This document shows positions 27,542 through 38,579 of a DNA stretch of 64,000 nucleotides, one piece after another. The first letter of the stretch is position 1; every line of letters starts with the position of its first letter. The notes below the pieces were generated by a model. It did no database searches. It was not told the DNA's origin and was given only the letters and a program-made list of their open reading frames with translations. The translations under genes and the position numbers were made by a program. This stretch comes from Selaginella moellendorffii (taxonomy: Eukaryota; Plantae; Lycopodiophyta): contig NW_003314261.1 in NCBI RefSeq assembly GCF_000143415.4, positions 4,856,418-4,920,417 of the forward strand. Reading direction: 5' to 3'.

Positions 27542-28038
27542 TCAAGCCGTCTGTGTTGCTGGCTGTGGCTTGCTAGACGCTGCCTGGACTGGGCTTGGAG
27601 CTGGAATCGGTGGCAAAGTCGTGCCGCCTCCCTTGTGAAGAACTCGAGCTTCCGGAGGCCCTGTCATGATCTGGCCACGCAGCGCCGCGGCGTAGCGATC
27701 GTTGATATCGCGCTTGTTCTTCACATCGTCCAGAAGCTCCTGGAGGCGATCTTTATTCACCTTTGACATGTCCTAGCGCAAGATCACAAGAAATATTGTC
27801 GAGCGATCGTCCAAGAAAGAATGCCGGCACTCACCGATGACACGCCCATGGGCCTCTGGCCAAGCTCCTTGTTGAGCTTCTCCTCATTGCGCCGCGACGC
27901 CCAGATGAATCCCTCGGCCACCACCCACGGCACCACGAGGCACGCTCCCATGAAGCCGGCGAAGAACACCTTGGACTCCCTGGTGCGCCATACGATGTGG
28001 CGCCAGAGAATTTGCCCTGCGTGGAGATCGCGATTCAT
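27542..28038 (-). CDS. Small conserved plant protein with one TM segment (2 exons), probably mitochondrial
   Basis: Exon 1 has a hydrophobic helix (FFAGFMGACLVVPWVVAEGFIWA); exon 2 has KVNKDRLQELLDDVKNKRDINDRYAAALRG. Confidence 0.65.
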
Positions 28039-28140
28039 CGCAATGCCGCTCTTTTCCCCTTCTCTGTTTTTAGGGTTCTTGGAGAAGATCCTTTAGGCAT
28101 ATTCCCGGACAAATACGAAATTAGGGTTCTTCGGAAGAAG

Positions 28141-30117
28141 ATGGACGTCGCAGCTGTCGCTACGCCTTCTCCGAGCTTCTGGAGGCATGGCGCCGCTGGA
28201 TCCGCTGGCGCCGCGGAGCTCCAGTTTAGGGGGTGCAAGAATGCGGGCCGGGAGCTCACGAAATTGAGGGCATTTCTTTGCTCCAGCTCGATTCAGGATT
28301 CCAGGTGTGTGTTACTGTAGCTGTGCTTCTGATCGAAGAGGATTTTTAGGAGTAAGCCGTGGAACGATGCGAATTTGGCGCGGGAGCTCCGGGAATTCAT
28401 GGTAGCTAATGGACTTCCTTCTGATAAAGTTCCAAGTACAAAGGAGCTAGCGAGCAATGGACGGTATGCTTTGAGCGAAAGATTTTTCTTATGGATTTCC
28501 TTGTTCTTCCTCTAGCCAAGATCTTGCCAACGTTGTGAGACGCAGAGGCTACAAAGCCATCGCACAGCTCTTAGCTTCGACTCCCGTCTCGAGCCAGCCT
28601 GTTGTTGGAAACATTGTGGATGAAAGTTGTGATGCTCTACAGCCGCAAGTCGAGAACGATGTTGTTCTTAACGGTTCTGCCAGGACAGAAGATGAAGAGA
28701 GAGCCAGCCATCACCAGCTTGAGTATCTCGATGTAATAAGGCCGCCTTCTCCAGATGTTCTTGGAGTAGATTCGAGCCAGGTCTTGGAAGAAAAAGCTGA
28801 GAAGTTCCTACGTACGGGAGAGTTCTCTTCGGATCAAGGTACATTCGTCTTCTAAATCCTCGAAGCACTAAAAACTCTTTCGTTCGATTTTGAGAAGAAA
28901 ACGAGGCTTTAAGCACGACTGAAGAATCTGACAGCGAGGACGAAGCCTTGGAAATGGTTGCACTGAGAAAAGCAGCGCTGCTACGATCGAAGCTCACACC
29001 CTTCATCAGCTCCAGGTGAGCTTGCTTTTTTTGTTCTTATCTTTGTCATCTTGGTTTCCATCAGGGAGACGGTTTCTCAGGACGAACAAATAGCTAGCGA
29101 GAAACTATTTGCTACTACCAATAAAGTCCAAGATCTCTTAGAGGTGGGACTTCTACCTTTCTTTAGCTTCTGCATCAGCATTGACTGTCTTATGGGGGTG
29201 CTCTGCCATTGTTTGTAGAGAACAGGGAAAAGAAAATGATATTCAAGTGCAGGAGAAACAAACTCAGTTTAAACCGTTGTCTTCCGTGAATCCAGAAGGA
29301 CAAGGGTCTTCAATCCCAGTCGAAGGACCAAGCTCCGGTGTTTTCAGAGGATCCGAAAGCAGCTTTGGTAAAACAATTGCTAAATTCTCATTTGATACTC
29401 AAATCTCAAGTAGGAAATGCGGGAGAAAGAGCTGAGCCTTTTATCGCGTGAACTGAACGAGGCCAAGGTGAAAGAATCAACGCTTATTATTTTTCAGTTC
29501 TAAAGAAAGAGTTTTCTCTTAATTCCAGGCACAACTCGCTTTGGTACAAGCCAAGACCACGGCAGAACTGTCCCAGGCTAAGCAAGCGTCCATGGAAAAG
29601 GACTTGCGACTCAGCGCTGCGGAGCATGCGCTGGCGAATCTAAAACAGGTACTACAAACTTCGAAAATTCTCTCCAGACATGACACGTTTAAGATTGTCA
29701 ACGCAGGTGAAGATAGAGTGGTGGGGTGTAGCTTCCAAAGTCGAGCTCGCTGGAAGCTTCAATGGCTGGCAGCACTTTTTCGTGCTGGAGCCCGATCTTT
29801 CGTCCGAGATCGTCAAACCAGACGGATCAAGGTGAATTTATCACTGTCGGCTTGTTTCTCTTTTGCTAAACTCCAAGGTTTTTTTTCTAGAGGTCCGTTG
29901 TTGTGGGAGACCGAGCTATGGCTCTATCCTGGCGTGTACGAGGTAACGAGTTTCAAAAGTTCTCTTCGATCGATGATGGCTGATAAAAAGAAAACGTTTT
30001 CTTTCTTCTTTGGCCCAGATGAAGTTCGTCGTAGATGGCGAATGGCAAATAGATCATAGGCGAGAAGTATCGATGAAAAGCATGAACCAAAACAATATCC
30101 TCCGCGTGGAGCTGTGA
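28141..30117 (+). CDS. Protein Targeting To Starch (PTST3-like): coiled coil plus CBM48
   Basis: KVPSTKELASNGR|QDLANVVRRRGYK, a coiled-coil region, and CBM48 (WWGVASKVELAGSFNGW, TELWLYPGVYE|MKFVVDGEWQID). Confidence 0.85.
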
Positions 30118-30257
30118 AACATAGAATGGCGTGGAATATTCGCCGGCATTGACGGGGTCCCGGCTCCTTGTGGGCGCGGCGGCATTCACATATAATGGGA
30201 AAAAACTAGGGCGGCTGTGATTCAATCGATCGATCGATCGAGGAAGCGGGAGAGGGA

Positions 30258-31725
30258 ATGGCGGCGGGCGTGCAAGGGCAGCTCCTCGATATCAATGGTG
30301 AGTGGAATTCCAGATCTTGGCGCCCTGTCGGTGGCACTGTCGCTCCCATTTTCTATTTCTCTTTGGTGGGAGCGAATTTCCTGGAGTGATTCGGCTAAGA
30401 ATCTTCTTTGTGTGTCTTGGCAGTTCTAGGATGCAGGAATTTGAGAGACAAGGAATGGCTGTCGAGGCAGGATCCATACGTTGTGATCACTTATGCCAGT
30501 AGCAAATTGAGGACAAAGACCGACACAGGTAATGAGCTGCTTGCTTGATCACGAGCTAAGAAAATTTCTCGTTTGCCTGTTTGTTTGCTGTGCTCCTTGA
30601 GTTTTTCGGTCATTTCGATCATACGCTCATGATCACTAGCAGCTAAGAAAAAATTTCTTTTTTTTTTTCTTTTTGGGTTTGCTGTGCTTGATCACTTGTT
30701 TGCTAGAAAAATGTTCTCTTCCATTTTTTTGATCATAAGCTCATGATCACTGTAGCTAGCTTTTTACTTGATCACGAGCTAAGAGACTTTCTTTTGCGCA
30801 GATGGAGGAAGAAATCCGTCCTTCAACCAGAAGTTTGTGCTGCCTCTCATCGAGGGGCTCCGTGAGATAAACGCGGAGGTGTGGAACAGCAACACGCTTA
30901 CATTCGATGACTTCATTGGCTCTGGAAGGTGCGTTGTGCGATTTTTGTAGCTTGCGTTTCCTCGTGGACGTCATGCCTGACGCGGCCCTCGTAAATTTTT
31001 TTCTAGGATACTGCTGGATAAAGCTCTCACCACGGGCTATGATGATTCAACGTGGAACCTAACATCAAAAAGTGGAAGGTATCAAAAATCGAGAAGAAAC
31101 AGGAGAGTCTAAAGCTTACATTTGATCTTTCTTTTCGCAGATATGCCGGAGAACTGCGGGTCATTCTACACTTCACGAAAACGGTAAACTTTAGACTTGA
31201 TACTTTCAACACTGTTTTTCTTACTTGGAGATCTTTTTTCCAGCCAAAACCAGTAGCTCCGATGGTCTCATCTCCATATGCAGCGCAGCTATACTCCACG
31301 CCTCCACAGCCTTATCCGTACGCTGCTCCACCACCAACAGCGGCCCCATATCCAGCTCCTGCGGCTCCATATTCGTCGCAATCATACTACAATCCACCAC
31401 CACAGCAACAGCATCAGCAACAACATAGTGGAGCGTATTCCAGCTATGGACCTGGACCTTATTCGCCACAACCATATCCATCTCCAGCTCCCCAGGCCGG
31501 CTATTCAGCAGCTTATTCTCATCCTCCACCACCATCTCCGTATACGCATCAGCAGCCACCTCCTTATGTTCCTACAGCTCCAGCTTCGTATGGGCCTCCT
31601 CCAACTTCGTCTGGCTATCCTCCAGTATATCAAGGTTTGTAGCTAGCACCTAAGTTCCTGTTTAAAATCTTTGCGTGAGAGGGGCTAACTCAATCTTTGC
31701 AGAGTATCCATACCGGCCGTATTGA
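30258..31725 (+). CDS. C2-domain protein with Pro/Tyr-rich C-terminus (multi-exon)
   Basis: Spliced peptides GQLLDIN|VLGCRNLRDKEWLSRQDPYV, DGGRNPSFNQKF, EVWNSNTLTFDDFIG; YPPP-rich tail. Confidence 0.85.
30535..30795. repeat. Degenerate short repeats in intron 2 of the C2 gene
   Basis: Recurring ttgatcacgagctaaga, ctcatgatcact and gtttgctgtgct motifs. Confidence 0.65.
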
Positions 31726-32005
31726 AGCGTTTTTCTTCATTTTTTTCGCTAGTGATCAGTCACCTGTACATAAGATTTTCTCGTAGCTTTAGAGCCAAGC
31801 GATGTATTCTGACAAGAATCTAGAATAATGGAAGTGGGCTTACTTTTTACTGGAGTTGCTCTTCCACTACAAGCCGCGCAAAATCATTTGGAAAAGGATA
31901 TTTCTGCTAAACAGCTCAAGCACAACTCAACAAGTTGGAGCAAAGTTACCTGTATAAATGGTGGTGATGGATGGGAGTCGTCACAGCACCGAGCGAGGAA
32001 GAGCG

Positions 32006-33214
32006 ATGGAGCTCGTCGTCCGCAAAGCAGTAGCAGCATTGGTGGTGAGTGTTGTTGTCACGCTTGTCCATGTGGAAGCTCAGCTCGTTGTTGGATACTA
32101 CGAGCAAAATGGATGTCCCATGGCCGAGGAGATTGTCAAGAAAGTTCTCACCGCGGCCGTGGCACGAGACCAATCCATCGCTGCTTCGTTGCTTCGTCTC
32201 CACTTCCACGACTGTTTCGTCCAGGTCCGTGAGCAACTTCTGTCTCGCCTTTCATCTCGGCAGCATCGTTATCGATTTGAAAAATCCGTAGTCACTGAAA
32301 GAATTCTTGCTCACCAATCGCCGCCAACTTGATGAACAGGGCTGTGACGGGTCCGTTCTCTTGGATCCACAAAACGGCTTCCCCGCCACGGAGAAACAAG
32401 CTGTCCCAAACTTCTCGCTCCGAGGATACAACGTCGTCGACGCAGTAAAGCAAGCTCTCGAACAAGCGTGTCCAGAGACTGTCTCATGTGCTGACATTCT
32501 CGCTATAGCAGCCCGAGATGCTGTTTCCCTGGTAAGAACTCCTGCTTCGTAAGATTTCTTTCGAGAACTTGACGAAGAATGCTTACCACCAGTCTGGAGG
32601 AGGAACTTGGCCAGTGGAAACAGGACGTAAAGATGGTGTTATTTCACTCAGGACCGAAGCGGAGGACCTTCTTCCTCCCACGAACGAAAACTCTGAAGAG
32701 TTAACCCAGAGGTTCCTTGATGTTGGTCTGACTCAAGATGAGATGATCACCTTGTCCGGTAAAGTTTCATAAGTTTGCTCTCGGCCTGCCACTGATCTTC
32801 TTCCAACTTCCAGGAGCACATACGATAGGACGAGCTCACTGTGTCTCTTTCAGCCAGAGGCTCTATAACTTCAGCCCGGAGTTTGATACTGATCCGAATC
32901 TCGACGCTGCTTACGCCGGGAAACTAAAGCAGGCCTGTCCGAGGAACTTTGATCCGAGAACTGTCGTGCCGCTGGATCCTGTCACCCCTTCCCAGTTTGA
33001 CAATCGCTACTACTCCAACCTCGTCAACAACATGGGGCTCATGATCTCAGATCAGACGCTCCACAGCGACATGCTCACCCAGTTTTCTTCCCAGTCAAAC
33101 GCCGAGGATGAAAACATGTGGCAGTTTAAGTTCGCAAACGCCATGGTCCGGATGGGTGCTATTAACGTCAAGGCTGAAGGCGAGATTCGCAAAAACTGCC
33201 GACTGAGGAACTAG
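32006..33214 (+). CDS. Class III secretory peroxidase (4 exons)
   Basis: [15 protein letters not shown]|[21 protein letters not shown]|[19 protein letters not shown]; canonical three-intron layout; TATA at ~31953. Confidence 0.97.
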
Positions 33215-33580
33215 AAACTTTGGTCACATCCGACTCTCCTGTCAAAGCACAAGAAACAATAAAACAGGAGTTTAGATTACTGCAAGGAAACCCAAAGTCC
33301 AACATCTATACCGATAGCTTTCAGCTCTGCTACTGGAGGTGCCTGTAAAAGCACGAAAACATCAGGCAGAGCAAAGATATATAGCCTTTCTAGTGACTGT
33401 TCGTAGAAGGAAAGTTTGTGTTCCGTTTCTCAATGATAAACCAAAAAATAAAAGAACTTCCAACCTCTTTGGCGAGAATCTCTCCCTCTCTCTTTCTCTC
33501 TTTCACCAGAAAATTACGTGACTCCACTCTTCAAGAAGGAATGCACGACGTGACCTGCTAGAGAGGACCACAAAAGAGAA

Positions 33581-33982
33581 TTATCCACCATCATCTGTTG
33601 TGCTCGTGCACATAAAAGTGCCTGCAAACAAGCCAAGCAAATAAAAGAAAGAAGGAAAAGGAGAGAGAAAGAAAGAACCAAGGAAGATGGAGAATTTTCT
33701 CGGCATACCTTGGAGCGATAAAACTGTGGGAGTGCTCATTCGCAGCACGGCGCCATTGCCATTCCTAGCTCTCCAAATCATGGAATCTAGCGAAGAAATC
33801 TGCCGCAATTTGGAGCCTTCGGTATTGGCGGCAGCGGCATTTGCCCGGAGAATCACGCAAGGCGATGATTTCGCAGCCAGATTTGACCTGGAGAGCGACG
33901 AGGAGGAGCGCAGCGCCTGGGGAGGAGAGACAAGGCGGCGCGCAAGCGCCATGGATGCCGCATTCCCGGATATTGTAGCCAT
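33581..33982 (-). CDS. Small organelle-targeted protein, possibly a diverged NFD6/NOXY2-like paralog (exons 33982-33709 and 33621-33581)
   Basis: Ser/Arg/Ala-rich presequence-like N-terminus, phase-1 intron after LSLQG, short terminal exon ending TDDGG*; telo-box at ~33997. Confidence 0.45.
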   Translation of the reverse strand: MATISGNAASMALARRLVSPPQALRSSSSLSRSNLAAKSSPCVILRANAAAANTEGSKLRQISSLDSMIWRARNGNGAVLRMSTPTVLSLQGMPRKFSIFLGSFFLSPFPSFFYLLGLFAGTFMCTSTTDDGG

Positions 33983-34098
33983 TCCCTCGCGCCTAAAACC
34001 CTAAAACATTATCCGCCAGCGTGGCAGACACGTCATCGTATTTTAGGGCTGATTTGCCATGTCATGAGCTCACAAGGGTTTAGGGCTTGGGGCTTCTC

Positions 34099-35257
34099 AT
34101 GGCGAGCAGGGGAATAGCGAGGCGCCTGATTGCGACAATGCGCGCGCCGCCGCGGCAATCGGCCTTCCAGCGGCCGCGATGCCTCAGGTATGATCTCCCG
34201 GCGCCGTTGCCTGCTCACGTACTTCGACACACATAGGATTCCTCGTGAAATCGCGGCGCTGGAGTCAATGCGGCCGTTTCACAGCACTCTGGCGTCATCG
34301 CGGCTGGTTTCCGGGCTCTCGAGCTGCGGGTTTCTACGTTTCGAAGGTCAGGCTCTCTCCGCTCGTTCCGCCGCTTGAATGCTTGCCTGCCAGTCGGTTG
34401 TTTGAGAGCCGTTCTTACTCATTCCAGGTGCTCGGAGGTCCTGCTCCACCGAGTCTAGCTCTAGTGACAAGAATGAGAAGTCCTTCTTCGACGAGCGCGA
34501 GCAATTGTCCGACACGAGCGATGGAGAAGGGAGCTATAGTGAGAGTGAGTCGATGTGGAGCCACGACGAAGGAGAGGGTGGTGGTGGTGGCGACTCAGAC
34601 CAGGGGTCGGAGTTTGAGGAGGGTGATACGTATCTCAACGACAACGATCTCTGGGACGAGAACGAGGGGATGGATGAAACACCTAGCAGTGAACTGACCG
34701 AGAAGGATACGGAAGAAAGTAAAGAGGTGGAGCAGCCTTCGGTCTCGGATAGATTGATGGAAGAACTCGCGCGTGTTCTTCCCAATGTTCCGGAGGACGC
34801 AGTGAAGAAGGCCGAGGAGAAGTTTAGGCAGCAGCAGGGGGAAGCTGGGCGGGTTCGTAAGGAAGCCGGCGCTTATCTCAGAGCGATGAAGAAGGAGTAC
34901 GACTCTAGATCGTTAGTCCAGGACGAGCACTGCAAGAAAGTTCATCAGAAGCTGTCCATGCTAGCACCGGATCCGGATGGGAGGTACCGGAGCTTGATGG
35001 AGGTGGTGTCGGACATAGACGTTCTACTGGAGGCGTACAGGAGAGTCAAGGCGGGTCCAGGTGGCGATCCATCGAAAGTTCCTCTGGACAACGTGAGCAT
35101 GGACTGGTTCCACAACACTCAAGCCAAGCTTAGAAACGGGACGTTCAAGCTGAGCCCGATCAAGGTGGTGGAGATTGAGAAGCGGGAGCTAAGCGGGATC
35201 GAGAGGAAGCGGAAGCAGTATCATCGTTTCCACAGGAAGCACCGGCAGCCATACTGA
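34099..35257 (+). CDS. Long isoform: NFD6/NOXY2-like N-terminus plus acidic linker plus group II intron maturase N-terminal (RT0)-like domain (exons 34099-34187, 34237-34346, 34428-35257; 342 aa)
   Basis: Acceptor ttccag at 34427 puts the exon in frame with ORF 34505..35257; YRSLMEVVSDIDVLLEAYRRVKAGPG...LDNVSMDWFHNTQAKLRNGTFKLSPIKVVEIEK follows the maturase RT0 pattern. Confidence 0.7.
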
Positions 35258-35510
35258 CGAGCGTAAGATCTGGCTTGGCTGGATTTCTGGGGCTAACTTG
35301 GAGGTGTGAACAAAAGCAGGACGCATTGTCAGCTATGTTAGCCCACCTTAAGTGTCGCTTCTTGCGTTCTTGACGAAGGCTTGTCAACCAGTAGACTGGT
35401 AGGTGTTGCTTGCTAGAAAAGAAAGAATTTTCCTGTTCGTGTCATCTGACCGGGTGAATCGTTCTCGTTTTTGACCAGATCGATTCGCGAACTATGTCAG
35501 CCCTCACTGA
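34099..35510 (+). CDS. NFD6/NOXY2-like small mitochondrial protein, short isoform (exons 34099-34187, 34237-34346, 35479-35510; 76 aa)
   Basis: Presequence MASRGIARRLIATMR; family motif RIPREIAALESMRPFHSTLASSRLVSGLS; terminal exon DRFANYVSPH* resembling the RFANYLSPI ending as I recall it for this family; GT-AG sites in phase. Confidence 0.65.
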
Positions 35511-36503
35511 AGATGGAGCGTGGCCACACCAGCACGACACACATCCGCTGCGAGGTTTACTACATTGGCTCTTCCCCTCTCTCACTCTTTCCTTTTTAAT
35601 GGATTTCTCTACTTTTCAATCCGACTGCTACTGCTGAGTCTCCGCTCGCTCTCTCGCGATTCGAGCCACCCGGGTATTATTATATGATCGCTCCAGCGGC
35701 CAGCCGCGTGGTCCTAGTTTGATCCGGTGATCTCGACGGTTGAAGCGTTTGAAGCTGGTTCGTACGCGAAGGCTTTGTGTCGGTGTGTGTAAGCGCACTT
35801 ACACAAGAATGTACTCCCCCAGGTAGCTAGCTATGCACACATTTCCAGTGATCATTTGGTTCTGGAGTTCCAGATATGTGGTTTTTGCAGGCTTTTTGAC
35901 GCGATCAGTCCTCGTCCAAACAGGTACGTTGTTGCATTAATGCCATCGCCGAGCTCTGCTATTGACATGCTTTATGGTATTTCAGTGCTGCTCCTGCTGC
36001 TGCTGCTGCTGCCCGAGATGGGATGATCCATCTGGTGGGATTTCGCTACTGCGGCTCTGTGCTCCCCCGCTGCAACGCTCAGATATGGTGAAAGTGACCA
36101 AAAGTTTTATTGCGAGCTACACAGATGGAATGAATGTAACACTACGAAGCAGCATCTCTTCCCCCCGCGGCTTGATATAACAAATTATATCGGAACAAGG
36201 AGAACGGAAAAGGCCTGCGCGAGAGGAAATGTTTAAGCCTCTTGGATCGTCGAGCAAAAAAAATGGTGCCTTGTGACAAGAGCTCCATCTGAAGGTGTTA
36301 GTAGCGGCCCAGAACCAGGTACCTTGTCTCAAAATGCGCTGGGCCGTGGAAGTTATTTGCTAATTCATGTGTACGTTTCTTTTTCTCCTTTCGGTGCTGC
36401 AGTAGAACGCGCAAAACTGGACCTTTCTTCGCTTGGCCAGACTTAAACACCGACCTCCTGGCTCTTTCGAGATGGTCCTGCTATCGAGGTAAGTTTCCAA
36501 TTT

Positions 36504-38579
36504 TCATTTCCGCATACCAGGAGGAACCATATCTTCTAGCAGGCCTTCGTCCGTGAAAGTCTGGCTTTGGCCTACTTGCCGGCTTTGCTGTTGGTGCTGC
36601 TGTAGAAGCTGTTGCTGATCCTGCTGGCTTCGCTGGTGCTGCCGCTGCTGCTGGAGAAGCTGGCTTTGCTGCTGGAGGAATTGCTGCTGCTGCTGCTGCT
36701 GGCTTTGCGCTCGAGCCGATGGAAAATTGAAGCTGGCACCTCTAGCTCCGAGGCCAGAGAGAAGCGATTGCTGCTGCTGCATTTGCAAGTGAGGCATAGT
36801 CTGGTACAGCGCCTGCGTGAACGATCCGGGGCGCTGGCTGCCGAAAGGATTCACAGCTCCAGCACCTCCTCCGCCTCCGCCGCCTCCAACTTCCGTCAAA
36901 CTCCTCAGCGTCGCCGGACTGTGGTGAGTGTGAGTACCTTCGTAAGTGGTGATAACAATTCCGGGGTCCTCGCAGGAACGCTCCACTCGCTTCTTCACTG
37001 GACACTTGCTGTTGGTGCAGCGGTAGTAGCTCCTGCGAGAGAAGAAAGAAAACTTGGTGATCGATCGGAAGAAAAATCCAGTTTTTTTGCTCACGTACCT
37101 TGGATGGGGGCTGTTCTTGACGGCCTTTTGCCCGTACTTTCGCCACCGAAATCCATCGTCCATGATATCCACGTCGCTGCGCGTCTGGAGAGCGTAGCGA
37201 GGCTCGCGGTTTCGCTTGGGACCTTTCTTTGGAGGCTTGGCTCTGGAAGCAAACGATTGACAGGAAAATTTTGGTGAGAGATCTGTGAGATGAGAGTTCC
37301 AGTCAGGGATGAAATCCAAATGCACAAATGCCCAGGATAAAAACAACTCCATGTTTTCATCATTGCCTTTGGAAGCACGAAAATCTTCCGTGAAAAATGC
37401 CAGTGTAGGCTCACGTATGCCCGAGGCGGGCATACGTAAGAGATGGATGGCTATGGCGTCCGCCAACACTGAAATTCATGGCAGCCCAGTTACGACGATG
37501 CAAATCCTCGCAAGCCCAAGAAGCATGAAAGCGCGAAAGCACGGAAGAAAGCAAAGAAACCGCAAGAACAAACCAAAAGCCCAATGGAAGAGAAGAAATG
37601 GTGAAAAGTTTGCCGAGAGTTCTTACGGTTTCTTTCCTTCCTGTTGTTGCGGCTGCGGCTCCAGCGACGACGATTTCTCCGCGTCCTCGGAAGACCCGGC
37701 CTTGCGCTTGAGCGATCCTCCGGACGATGCCACATTTCCCTTGTGCTCCTCGTCGCCATCGCTGGCTCCCGACGAGGACGTGAAGGACGTGGGAGTTCCA
37801 ATCGCCTGATCTCCTCCTCCTGACCCTCCAGACGCAATCGATCCACTAGCAGCAGCAGCAGCAACACCAGCGCTAGCAGCAGCAGCAGCATGACCAGCGC
37901 TCGCCAGATCCAGCTGCTGTTGATTCGACGCCGCCGCTACTTGATCGTCATCTGGGTCGTCCAAGAAAAATCCCGCGGGATTGTAGCTTTGTTCCAAGTG
38001 TTCTTGGTGGCGATGGTGGTGCTGCTGCTGTTGTTGCTGCTGCTGCTGCTGCGAGAGGAAAGTTTGCTGCCACCACGACGCTTCCACTCCGGATCGAGGA
38101 GTAGCAGCAGTAGCAGCGTTGTCAAAGTCGGCCAAATTCCAGTCGGTGTAGAGCCTCCCAGCGGCAGCAGCGCCACTACTGCTACTGCCTGGAACAGTGG
38201 AGCTGCCGGCCATGATGCCCGAGATGCCGCCACTGTAGAGAAGCTGCGCCGAGTCCACCATGGCCGCCATCGCGGGATCCAAGTGGAAGCTCCAGGGAGC
38301 CGCTGCTGCAACCGTGGAGTCCATCAGCGCTGCTGGCTGCGCGGCCGATGCAGCTATCCCGCTAGCGGTAGCGATCAAGGACGACGAAGAGCTGGAAGAG
38401 CTGGAAGAACTGGAAGAACTGGAAGAGAAAGAAGAAGAAGTTATCAGCGCTGTTGCTGTAGACCGCGATGGAGATGAAGAAGCTTCTGTAGCTCCGCCTA
38501 GGGTTTGGAGAATTCTCTCGAGCTCCTCTTGCTGCTGCTGCTCCTCCTCCTTGGCACTCTTGATCAGCCTCCTCTCCAT
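36504..38579 (-). CDS. WRKY transcription factor group IIc (3 exons: ~38579-37626, ~37242-37099, ~37033-36504)
   Basis: [37 protein letters not shown]|[18 protein letters not shown]...YEGTHTH; C-terminal [10 protein letters not shown]; poly-Q and poly-S tracts. Confidence 0.95.

Noticed and set aside
23179-33214. Extensin and class III peroxidase as a wall cross-linking cluster
   Set aside because: Four unrelated genes intervene and both families are large, so proximity is probably chance
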